From Actinomycetota bacterium (lineage in GTDB: Bacteria > Actinomycetota > Acidimicrobiia > IMCC26256 > VFJJ01): 64,000 bases of DNA. The notes beneath the pieces are model-generated. The model did no database searches. It was not told the DNA's origin and saw only the letters and a program-made list of their open reading frames with translations. This document shows, in pieces, positions 54,607 to 62,387 of this stretch (the first letter of the stretch is position 1; each line of letters starts with the position of its first letter). The stretch lies in contig VFJJ01000043.1 in the NCBI GenBank assembly GCA_009886115.1, forward strand, positions 1-64,000, given 5' to 3'. The position numbers and the translations under genes were made by a program.

Positions 54607-55616
54607 GCGGCCCCGGCTTCACGCTCGCCGTCGTCCCGATCGTCACCGACGTCGTCGTCGTTCCCGGTGCCGTCCCCGGCGTCGGTGTCGTCGGTGTCGT
54701 CGTCGGCGGGGAAGATGCGGTCGTAGAGCTCCTCGATCACCGACTCGGGCGTGCGCGACGAGCCCTCGTACAGGCGGATCCGACCCGACAGCGCACTCAC
54801 CGCAGCGTCGAGAGCCACCGAACGCTGGCGCGGCGGCCGGGCCCGGATCAGCCCCAGCTCGAGAGCCAGGATCTCGCAGTCGACGGCCCCCCGCACCGAC
54901 GATCCGACCCGCACCTCGGGATGCTCGCGGGTGGCTCGCACCAGCTCCACGACCCGCTGGCGCCACCGCCGGCCGGACGCGCCGACATCCTCGGCCTCGG
55001 TGTACGGCGCCACGGCCCGCCCCACGATCTCGGCCTCGTCGGCCGCGCTCTGGTAGCCCATGGCGATGCGGCAGGTCCGGTCGTAGATCGCCGCCGAGAT
55101 GCGTGCCGTCCCCACCGCGTCGAACGGGTTCATGGCTGCGACCAGCCGAAACCCGGGCGAAGCGGCGATGCGACCGACCCGGGGGACGTGCAGCTCGCCC
55201 TCGCTCATCACCGTGACGAGGACGTTGAGCGTCTCCTCGGGGATCCGGTTGATCTCCTCCAGGTACAGCAGGCCACCCTCGTGGAGGGCCACGGCCAGCG
55301 GGCCGGGCACGAAGGTCGACGGGCCGTACCCCTCGCTGAGAACCCGGGCCGGGTCGTGCGCGCCGACGAGGCGGGCCGGCGTGAGCTCGGCGTTGCCCTC
55401 GACGAACTCGAAGGGCACACCGCACCGGTGGGCCACCGAGCGCAACAGCGTCGACTTCCCGGTCCCGGGTGGGCCTTCGAGCAGCACGTGACGGCTCCCG
55501 GCCAGGGCCGCCACGACGATCTCGATCTCGCGCCGGCGACCCACGACGTCGAGCGTCAGAGCGTCGAGCAGCGCCCGACCATCGGTGAACGCGGCGGGCT
55601 GGCGGGACGGGCTCAT
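54555..55616 (-). CDS. MoxR-family AAA+ ATPase with acidic C-terminal linker
   Basis: LEGPPGTGKS (Walker A), LYLEEINR (Walker B), AAMNPFD, DR, SSVRG; tail ADDDTDDTDAGDGTGNDDD. Confidence 0.92.
   Translation of the reverse strand: MSPSRQPAAFTDGRALLDALTLDVVGRRREIEIVVAALAGSRHVLLEGPPGTGKSTLLRSVAHRCGVPFEFVEGNAELTPARLVGAHDPARVLSEGYGPSTFVPGPLAVALHEGGLLYLEEINRIPEETLNVLVTVMSEGELHVPRVGRIAASPGFRLVAAMNPFDAVGTARISAAIYDRTCRIAMGYQSAADEAEIVGRAVAPYTEAEDVGASGRRWRQRVVELVRATREHPEVRVGSSVRGAVDCEILALELGLIRARPPRQRSVALDAAVSALSGRIRLYEGSSRTPESVIEELYDRIFPADDDTDDTDAGDGTGNDDDVGDDRDDGEREAGAAGKAPAPFPAEARRDGA
54559..54606 (-). promoter_or_regulatory. Putative -1 programmed ribosomal frameshift signal
   Basis: G_GGA_AAA (54606-54600) in the correct phase, 6-nt spacer, then hairpin GCCCCG-T-TCCC-G-GCCGA-GGC-TCGGC-GGGA-CGGGGC (54593-54559). 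Confidence 0.75.
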
Positions 55617-55706
55617 CGGCGCCGGACCCTACTCGCGCCGTGGCCCGTCAGCGCTTCCCGCCCGCCAGTTCGGACCGCCGACCGCCACGCGCCAGCACCG
55701 AGCCGT

Positions 55707-56417
55707 TCACCCTTCCGGGGTCGGCGCCGTGGAGGAGAAACCCGGGCGGAGGAGCTCCAGCAGTGCATCGACGAGCCCGTCGAGCAGACGCCGACCTTCG
55801 GCGGCCGAGGCGCCGGTGGCGTCACCGAGCACCCCGTCGAGGGCGTGGGGTCGCACCCCGTCGAGGTGGAGCCCGTCGAGGAGCTCGGCCAGCGGCGTCG
55901 TGTTGCCCACCGGTCGGACGGGCCGGACGGTCTCGGGAGCGAGGGCCAGCATCAGCGAGGTCTCGGTGCGACCGGCATGGGCGTCGCCACCGGGTACCGA
56001 CGCAAACCAGGCGATCGCCGGCCGTCCCTCGCGACAGAGCTGGTCGGCGGCCTGCCTGACGGTCGGGGCGTTCCCGCCGTGGCCGCACACGAACACCGTT
56101 CGGGCGAAGGTGTGCGCCGCCGATCGGCCCAGCTCCACGAGCACGGCCCGGAGCGCGTCGTGGCCGATCGAGAGGGTGCCGGGGAAGCCCTGGTGCTCGC
56201 CCGAGGCACCGAAGACCAGCGCCGGAGCCACGACCAGGCCCGAGGCCCGACCGGCTGCGGCCCGGGCCACGCCGGTGGCCACCACGGTGTCGGTGTCGAA
56301 CGGGAGGTGGGGCCCGTGCTGCTCGGTCGCCCCCAGGGGCACGAGCAACGTCTCGTGGGCATCGGGCCCCGCTCGAACCTGGCTCAGCTCGGTCCAGGTC
56401 GCGTGCGCCAGGTCCAT
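55707..56417 (-). CDS. mftE: Mycofactocin precursor peptidase (creatininase family)
   Basis: PLGATEQHGPHLP..TD, GASGEH.GFPGT, GHGGN, DAHAGRTETS, GVLGD; mft gene context. Confidence 0.88.
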   Translation of the reverse strand: MDLAHATWTELSQVRAGPDAHETLLVPLGATEQHGPHLPFDTDTVVATGVARAAAGRASGLVVAPALVFGASGEHQGFPGTLSIGHDALRAVLVELGRSAAHTFARTVFVCGHGGNAPTVRQAADQLCREGRPAIAWFASVPGGDAHAGRTETSLMLALAPETVRPVRPVGNTTPLAELLDGLHLDGVRPHALDGVLGDATGASAAEGRRLLDGLVDALLELLRPGFSSTAPTPEG

Positions 56418-56490
56418 CAGCCGACGGCCGGCGCCGAGACCGCGTCGCGACCCGCCGGGCGAGGCCTCAGCAGCACGCGACCCGAGCGGG

Positions 56491-57459
56491 TCACGGGAGG
56501 TATCCCCAGGTCCGGAGCTGTCCGACGATCTCGGCTGCGGCCTCCTCAGGTTCGAGATGCACGAGCCGAGGGGGGCTGCGATCGACGAGCGCTCCGGTGA
56601 GGGCCAGGATGCGTTCGAGCGGCGTGAGCTCGGCGGACGGCGGCGACAGCACCCGGGGACGCGGACGATAGGGGCCGCGTCGGACGACCACGGGATCGAC
56701 ACGCTCCGACACCGTCAGCCGGGCGGCGGACGCGGCCACGACGACGCCAACGGGCTGATCGCGCGCCGCCAGCACTCCGGCGAGGCTGGCCCGACGGAGC
56801 CGGACCGGTCCGCCCTCGACCGAGATCACGACCGGCGAACCGAGACGGAGTCGCTCGCGGCGGCCCCCGTCGAGGCGACGTTCGACGACTCCGGTGGTGA
56901 CGTCGATGGTCACCACACCGAGGGCCTGCCCGACGCCGAGCTCGGCCGCCAGGAACGCCGGCACCGAGGCCGAGCCCCGGTCGAGCGACGCGTTCCCGCA
57001 CACCACCAGGTGCGATCCGTCGACCACCCCGGCGAGCTGGTGGGCCACGACCGGCGACGGAGCGTCGTCCGGGAGGCCGTCGATGCGCACCGCCGCGCTG
57101 GCACCCGAGGCCAGGGCTTCACGGAGCATCGCATCGGCCGCGGCCGGACCGACGCACACCACCGTCACGGTCGAACGCTCCAGCGGCGCCACTCCGCGAC
57201 CAGCACCCTCAACAGGGCTAACGCTTGGGCTAACGCCGTCGGCAGGACCAACGCCGTCGGAGGGCGCAACCCGGTGGGCCCGGTCAGCAGCGTCGGCGGC
57301 GTCCGCGGCGTCGGCGATCCGTAGCGCCCATTCGAGTGCAGCCTCGTCGGCGGGCGACGGTCCGAGGCTGTGACGGTCGACGGTGACCGTCCCGGTGAGG
57401 GCGTCCACCTCGAACCGCCGGGCCACGAGCTTCCAGCACACCGCCAGCGCCACGCTCAT
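56491..57459 (-). CDS. Mycofactocin-associated electron transfer flavoprotein beta subunit (FixA-like)
   Basis: SPADEAALEWAL, CGNASLDRGSASVPAFLA, RRLDGGRRE, L..WGY. Confidence 0.85.
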   Translation of the reverse strand: MSVALAVCWKLVARRFEVDALTGTVTVDRHSLGPSPADEAALEWALRIADAADAADAADRAHRVAPSDGVGPADGVSPSVSPVEGAGRGVAPLERSTVTVVCVGPAAADAMLREALASGASAAVRIDGLPDDAPSPVVAHQLAGVVDGSHLVVCGNASLDRGSASVPAFLAAELGVGQALGVVTIDVTTGVVERRLDGGRRERLRLGSPVVISVEGGPVRLRRASLAGVLAARDQPVGVVVAASAARLTVSERVDPVVVRRGPYRPRPRVLSPPSAELTPLERILALTGALVDRSPPRLVHLEPEEAAAEIVGQLRTWGYLP

Positions 57460-57764
57460 GACGCGTGGAAGACGACACCGTGGCCGCCCTCGGGGTAGCT
57501 CCAGCTGATGGCCCCTTCGGTGTCGCAGACCAGGTAGCAGGTGCCGCACTCGAAGCACTGCTCGTAGTTGAACACGATGCCCCCGTCGGACGTGGGCACG
57601 AACAGGTTGGCAGGGCAGGCCGTCACGCACGCCCGCGTCGAGCATCCCCGGCACGAGTCGCCGTCGACGACGATGTGCGGGGTCGGCGAGACACGGAACT
57701 CGACGGTGCCCATCCGGTCGTCGAACGACACCCGGGGCCAGGTTCGGGACGAGTCGTTGGTCAT
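57456..57764 (-). CDS. FixX-like ferredoxin
   Basis: PHI, CRGC...CVTACPANLF, CFECGTC.LVC, W.YPEGG.GV. Confidence 0.9.
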   Translation of the reverse strand: MTNDSSRTWPRVSFDDRMGTVEFRVSPTPHIVVDGDSCRGCSTRACVTACPANLFVPTSDGGIVFNYEQCFECGTCYLVCDTEGAISWSYPEGGHGVVFHAS

Positions 57765-59107
57765 CAGCCGTAGCTCCTGATCGCTGTCCAACCGTCGCGA
57801 GCCAGATCACGCAGACGCACCCTGGATCGGCGGGCCGACTTCCACGCGAGCCGAGCGATGCCCTGCTTGGGGGCGGGGTTGCGCACCGTGAAGAGGTCCT
57901 CGACGACGTCGCACGTGAGCTGCGGATACTGGAACTGGGCTCGCCCCGACAAGAGGAACTCGGGGACCCGGCGCAGCTTCTTGTGGTCGGCGAGCACGAA
58001 GTTGGCCTCGAGTCGGGCGCGGTAGCCGGCGAGGCCTCGCGCCGCGGTCGTGTCGCCGCTGCGGATGGCCTCGACGGCGGTCGCCCCGGCGGCCAGGCCC
58101 GAGCCGATCGCGAAGTTCACACCCTCGAGCCAGACCCCGGCCGCGAGGCACAGCCCGGCGGCGTCGCCGGCCACGAGCAGACCGTCGCCGGCCAGGGTGG
58201 GGATCTGGTCGTAGCCGCCTTCGGGGATCAGGTGGGCCGAGTACTCGACGATCTCGCCGCCGGCGACAAATGGCGCGATCGAGGGGTGGGCCTTGAAGCC
58301 AGCGAGGATCTCCTCGGGGCGGTGCTTCGACGCGGCCAGGCCCGGGAGGTGCAGCACGACGCCGACGGAGATCGTGTCGAGGTTCGTGTAGAGGAAGCCG
58401 CCCCCGGGGACGTCCATCGTGCAGCCGACGACCTCGAAGTCGGCACCCTCACGGCCCGTGAGATTGAACCGCTGTTCGATGCTCTCCCGGGGCAGTCGCA
58501 GCACTTCCTTGACGCCGAGCGTGGTGTGCTCGGCCTGCTCGCTCGCCCCCGGATACAGGCCGGCGGCCTTGGCGATGAACGAGTTGACGCCGTCGCAGGC
58601 GATGACCACGCGGGCTCGTAGCGCTGAGGTCGAAGCGCCCGTGGCGGGGTCGGGCCGGTCGGTGACCACACCGACCACCCGCCCGGACGGGTCACGCACG
58701 ACATCGGTGGCCACCGTGGAGGTGACCAGGACGCTGCCCGCGGCCTCGGCCTTGGCCGCCAGCCACGCGTCGAAGTCGGGGCGCAGCGCCGTCGCGCCGT
58801 TGTACGGGGGCCCGGCCCAGGTCTGCGATCGGAAGTCGAGGCACAGGCTCTGCGTGGGAGTGAGGATCATCGTGCCGCGTCGGGTGATCCACCGCTGGAT
58901 GGGAATCTCGTCCCACCAATTGGGAATGACCTGGTCGAGGACCCGTCCGTAGATCACGCCGCCGTACATGTTCTTCGACCCGGGGAACGGGCCGCGCTCG
59001 AGCAGGGCCACCCGGAGCCCGGCCCGGGCGACGGCCAACGCAGCCGCCGATCCCGCCGGGCCGGCGCCCACCACGATCACGTCGAACGGGTCGGGGGCCG
59101 CGGTCAT
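57764..59107 (-). CDS. FixC-like ETF-quinone oxidoreductase flavoprotein
   Basis: VGAGPAG, ERG.FPGSKNMYGG, DGVNS, GGGFLYTN, YSAHLIPEGG, GDAAG. Confidence 0.9.
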   Translation of the reverse strand: MTAAPDPFDVIVVGAGPAGSAAALAVARAGLRVALLERGPFPGSKNMYGGVIYGRVLDQVIPNWWDEIPIQRWITRRGTMILTPTQSLCLDFRSQTWAGPPYNGATALRPDFDAWLAAKAEAAGSVLVTSTVATDVVRDPSGRVVGVVTDRPDPATGASTSALRARVVIACDGVNSFIAKAAGLYPGASEQAEHTTLGVKEVLRLPRESIEQRFNLTGREGADFEVVGCTMDVPGGGFLYTNLDTISVGVVLHLPGLAASKHRPEEILAGFKAHPSIAPFVAGGEIVEYSAHLIPEGGYDQIPTLAGDGLLVAGDAAGLCLAAGVWLEGVNFAIGSGLAAGATAVEAIRSGDTTAARGLAGYRARLEANFVLADHKKLRRVPEFLLSGRAQFQYPQLTCDVVEDLFTVRNPAPKQGIARLAWKSARRSRVRLRDLARDGWTAIRSYG

Positions 59108-60375
59108 GTTCCTCCAACGCTCGGGAGTGCGTCCTGGTCGACGGGCTCGGCGGGGTCGAACGGCTCGGCGGGGTCGACGGCGATGAGCCGGGCCAGCGCA
59201 TCGAGCACGGCCCGGGCGTCGCTCACGATCGCCAGGTCGGCCAGGCCCATCATGGGGCAGCTCGGATCGGTGTTCACCGAGATCACATGGTCGGGATCAC
59301 CCAGACCGGTCACGTGCTGCACGGCGCCGCTGATCCCGAAGGCAAGGTAGAGCCGGGGGTTCACGGCCACCCCCGTGGTCCCGATCTGGCGCTCGAAGGG
59401 GAGCCAGCCGGCGTCGGTGGCGACCCTGGTTCCGCCGAGCGAGGCTCCGAAGCGGGCGCCGATGGCCGCCAGCAGGTCGAAGCGCTGCGTGCTCGCCCCG
59501 TCGTCGGGGCCGGCCAAACCCTGGCCGCCGGCGACGATCCGGCGGGCCTCGGCCAGGTCGACGGTGCTCGGGTCGGCAGCCACGAGCTCCACCAGCTCGG
59601 GATCGCCGGCCCCCATTCCGACGCTCACCACGACCGACGTGACCTCGTTCGCGGAAGGTGCCGGCGCGGCCGGGCCGGAGGTCGCGCCAGGCCCGGGCGC
59701 CCCACTCACCCCGGCCGCGATGCCTCGGGAGCCGGGGACGAGCGTCGCCACCGCCGGGCCGGCGAGGCGCACGTCGGTCTCGACCCCGCCGTGGTGGGTC
59801 ACGACCGTGGCGCCGTGGAGGTCGATGCGGACCGCGCCCGCGACCAGGGGTCGATGAAGGACATGGGCCAACCGCGGCGCGAGGTCTCGGCCGTCGGCCG
59901 AGGCCGGCAGCACCACGACCGTCTCCGATGCCAGTGCCGCTGCCAGGGCCTGCGCCCACGCCGCCGGTGCGTACACGCCGAGCTCCGAGACCCGCAGCAG
60001 GCGCGCGGGGACGGCCAGGGTCGCTGCGGCCTCGACGACGCCCGAGCCCACGAGCCACACCCGTCCGCCGGCTTCGGCGACGACCTCGTCGGCCCCGAGC
60101 GGGAGCTGACCGTCACGCACGGGCACGAGCGCCAGCATCCCGGCGTCGGGATCGCCGCTGGCGACGGTCCGGAGACCGGTGTCGGGGCCGGGATGGGCGC
60201 GGGGATCGGTGCCCCCGACCGCGTCGACGGGGGCACCAGCCGCCGGGACAGCACCAACCGCCGGAGCAGCGCCAGCGGCCGGGGCCACAAAGCGGCCGTC
60301 GGGGCCCCTTCGACGAGCCGGTCGAGGCGCGCCCCGACCGGCGTCGAGTGGTTCATCGGGTCGGCGCGCGCTCAC
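59104..60375 (-). CDS. Mycofactocin-associated ETF alpha subunit (FixB-like)
   Basis: GRDLAPRLA, DLAEARRIVAGG.G, RQIGTTG, YLAFGISGAVQH. Start is either GTG 60375 (overlap) or ATG 60138. Confidence 0.88.
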   Translation of the reverse strand: MSARRPDEPLDAGRGAPRPARRRGPDGRFVAPAAGAAPAVGAVPAAGAPVDAVGGTDPRAHPGPDTGLRTVASGDPDAGMLALVPVRDGQLPLGADEVVAEAGGRVWLVGSGVVEAAATLAVPARLLRVSELGVYAPAAWAQALAAALASETVVVLPASADGRDLAPRLAHVLHRPLVAGAVRIDLHGATVVTHHGGVETDVRLAGPAVATLVPGSRGIAAGVSGAPGPGATSGPAAPAPSANEVTSVVVSVGMGAGDPELVELVAADPSTVDLAEARRIVAGGQGLAGPDDGASTQRFDLLAAIGARFGASLGGTRVATDAGWLPFERQIGTTGVAVNPRLYLAFGISGAVQHVTGLGDPDHVISVNTDPSCPMMGLADLAIVSDARAVLDALARLIAVDPAEPFDPAEPVDQDALPSVGGT

Positions 60376-62384
60376 AACCGCTCCCCCACCCGCTGCCCCT
60401 CGACGACCGCGGCGTGGATGCGGCGCGGCGCCACGCAGTCGCCCACACGCTCGACCCGGATCCCGGCGTCGCGACAGGCCCGCCAGAGACCGTCGGCGGG
60501 CGCGGCGGGAACGCACAACACCAGCCAGTCGACCTCGCGGAGCTCGGACCCGCCGGTCGGATGGTGCACGAGCTGCAAGGCCAGGCCCGGCCGGCCGTCG
60601 GCGCACGGCCCGGCACCCATCACGAGGGTGTCGGTCGTCTGGGCGATGCCCTTGGCCGACGCTCGCATCCACCACTGCTCCAGGTCGAGCGTGATCCCGA
60701 GGTCTTGGCCCACGACCATGCCCGGGGTGATCACCTCGACCGCGCAGCCCCGATCGGCGAGCAGCTCGGCGACCGACGTGGCCTGGTGGAACCCCAGCTC
60801 GTCGAACACGGCCACCCGGCCTGTCGGTGCCGCCCGTCCGGCGAGCACGTCGGTCACATCGACGACCAGCGCCCCGGGGGCTTCGGCCAGGGACGGGTCG
60901 ACCTGCGGTACCCACCAGGGCCGTTCGGGCACCGAACCCGTGGCGACCACCACGACGTCGGGCCGCAGCGCCCGCAGCGAGTCGACCGAGGCCTCCTCGC
61001 CGTAGCGCATCGTCACGCCGGCCCGGCGGCACTCGGTGACCTGGTTGCGAATCACGTCGCCGAGCTCGGCCCGGTTGGCCACCGTGGCCGCCAGACGGAC
61101 CTGCCCGCCCGGCACCGGATCGCGCTCGATGACCGTCACGCGATGACCCCGATTCGCGGCGGCGATGGCGGCCTGCATCCCGGCCGGGCCCGCCCCGACC
61201 ACGACCACCCGTTGCGGACGGTCGACCAGGGCCACCGCCGAGGCCCACCGGCCCCGCTCGGCCTCGCGGCCCGTGCGCGGGTTCTCGATGCAGCCCAGCC
61301 AGCGGTTGAGACCCATCCGCCCGACGCACTCCTGGTTGCACGACAGGCACAGGCGCGTGTCGTCGACATGACCGGAACGGGCCTTGGCCACGAAGTCGGC
61401 GTCGGCGATCTGGCCGCGCACCACCCCGACGAGGTCGCAGTGCCCGGCATCGAGGGCCCGCTCGGCCTGCAGCGGGTCCTTGAACCGACCGACGCCGACC
61501 ACCGGCAACGAGATCGCCTTGCGAATCGCGCTCGGGATGAACATGGCGTATCCGGGCGGCACGTGCATCGACGCCTCGATCATGTACAGGGTCGCGGTGG
61601 CGACGCCGATCGAGGTGTTGACGTAGTCGACCTGCCCGGTGGCTTCGACCATCCGGGCCACCTCGACAGCATCGTCGATGGTCGTGCCGTGCTCGATCAG
61701 CTCGTCGCCGCACAGGCGCACGCCGAGCGCCAGGTCGCGCCCGATCGTCTCCCTGACTGCGGCCACGATCTCGAGCAGCAACCGAGCCCGCCGCGCCAAC
61801 GTGCCGCCGTAGTCGTCGGTCCGGTGGTTCGTGGCGAGAGACAGGAAGCCCCGCACGATCGACGAGTGCGAGCATTGGAGCTCGATGCCGTCGAAGCCGC
61901 CCTGGCGGCAGTGCCCGGCCACGAGGGCGTATCCGGCCACGATCTCGGCGATCTCGCGGACCTCGAGCTCCTTGGGCACCTCCCGGAACAGCGGGTCGGG
62001 CACGCTCGAGGGGGCCCACACCGGCAAGCGGGAGTACATCGACGATGCCTGCCCGCCGTTGTGGTTGATCTGGGCGAAGATCGGCGTGCCGTGGGCGTGC
62101 ACGGCGTCGGTGATCTGCCGGTACCCGGGGATCACCGACGGCGAGAACCCGTGGATGAGCTTCTCGTAGGGCCAGTCGGTCGGGTGCACCGAGTGCTCCT
62201 CGGTGATGATCAGCCCCGCACCCCCCGCGGCCCGGGCTTCGTAGTACGCAGCGTGCTGATCGGTCGCGTGGCCGTCCTCGGCGTAGTTCGTGAGGTGGGC
62301 GCTGAACACGACCCGGTTCTCGACGGTGACCGGTCCGAGCCGCAGCGGGCTGAACAAGCGGGGATAGCGCGCGACGGTGGGCAT
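60372..62384 (-). CDS. Mycofactocin-system FadH/OYE family oxidoreductase 2
   Basis: NRVVFSAHLTNYA, TEEHSVHPTDWPYEK, QCSHSS, CLSCNQEC (Fe-S), GAGPAG. Confidence 0.9.
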   Translation of the reverse strand: MPTVARYPRLFSPLRLGPVTVENRVVFSAHLTNYAEDGHATDQHAAYYEARAAGGAGLIITEEHSVHPTDWPYEKLIHGFSPSVIPGYRQITDAVHAHGTPIFAQINHNGGQASSMYSRLPVWAPSSVPDPLFREVPKELEVREIAEIVAGYALVAGHCRQGGFDGIELQCSHSSIVRGFLSLATNHRTDDYGGTLARRARLLLEIVAAVRETIGRDLALGVRLCGDELIEHGTTIDDAVEVARMVEATGQVDYVNTSIGVATATLYMIEASMHVPPGYAMFIPSAIRKAISLPVVGVGRFKDPLQAERALDAGHCDLVGVVRGQIADADFVAKARSGHVDDTRLCLSCNQECVGRMGLNRWLGCIENPRTGREAERGRWASAVALVDRPQRVVVVGAGPAGMQAAIAAANRGHRVTVIERDPVPGGQVRLAATVANRAELGDVIRNQVTECRRAGVTMRYGEEASVDSLRALRPDVVVVATGSVPERPWWVPQVDPSLAEAPGALVVDVTDVLAGRAAPTGRVAVFDELGFHQATSVAELLADRGCAVEVITPGMVVGQDLGITLDLEQWWMRASAKGIAQTTDTLVMGAGPCADGRPGLALQLVHHPTGGSELREVDWLVLCVPAAPADGLWRACRDAGIRVERVGDCVAPRRIHAAVVEGQRVGERL

Positions 62385-62387
62385 CGG

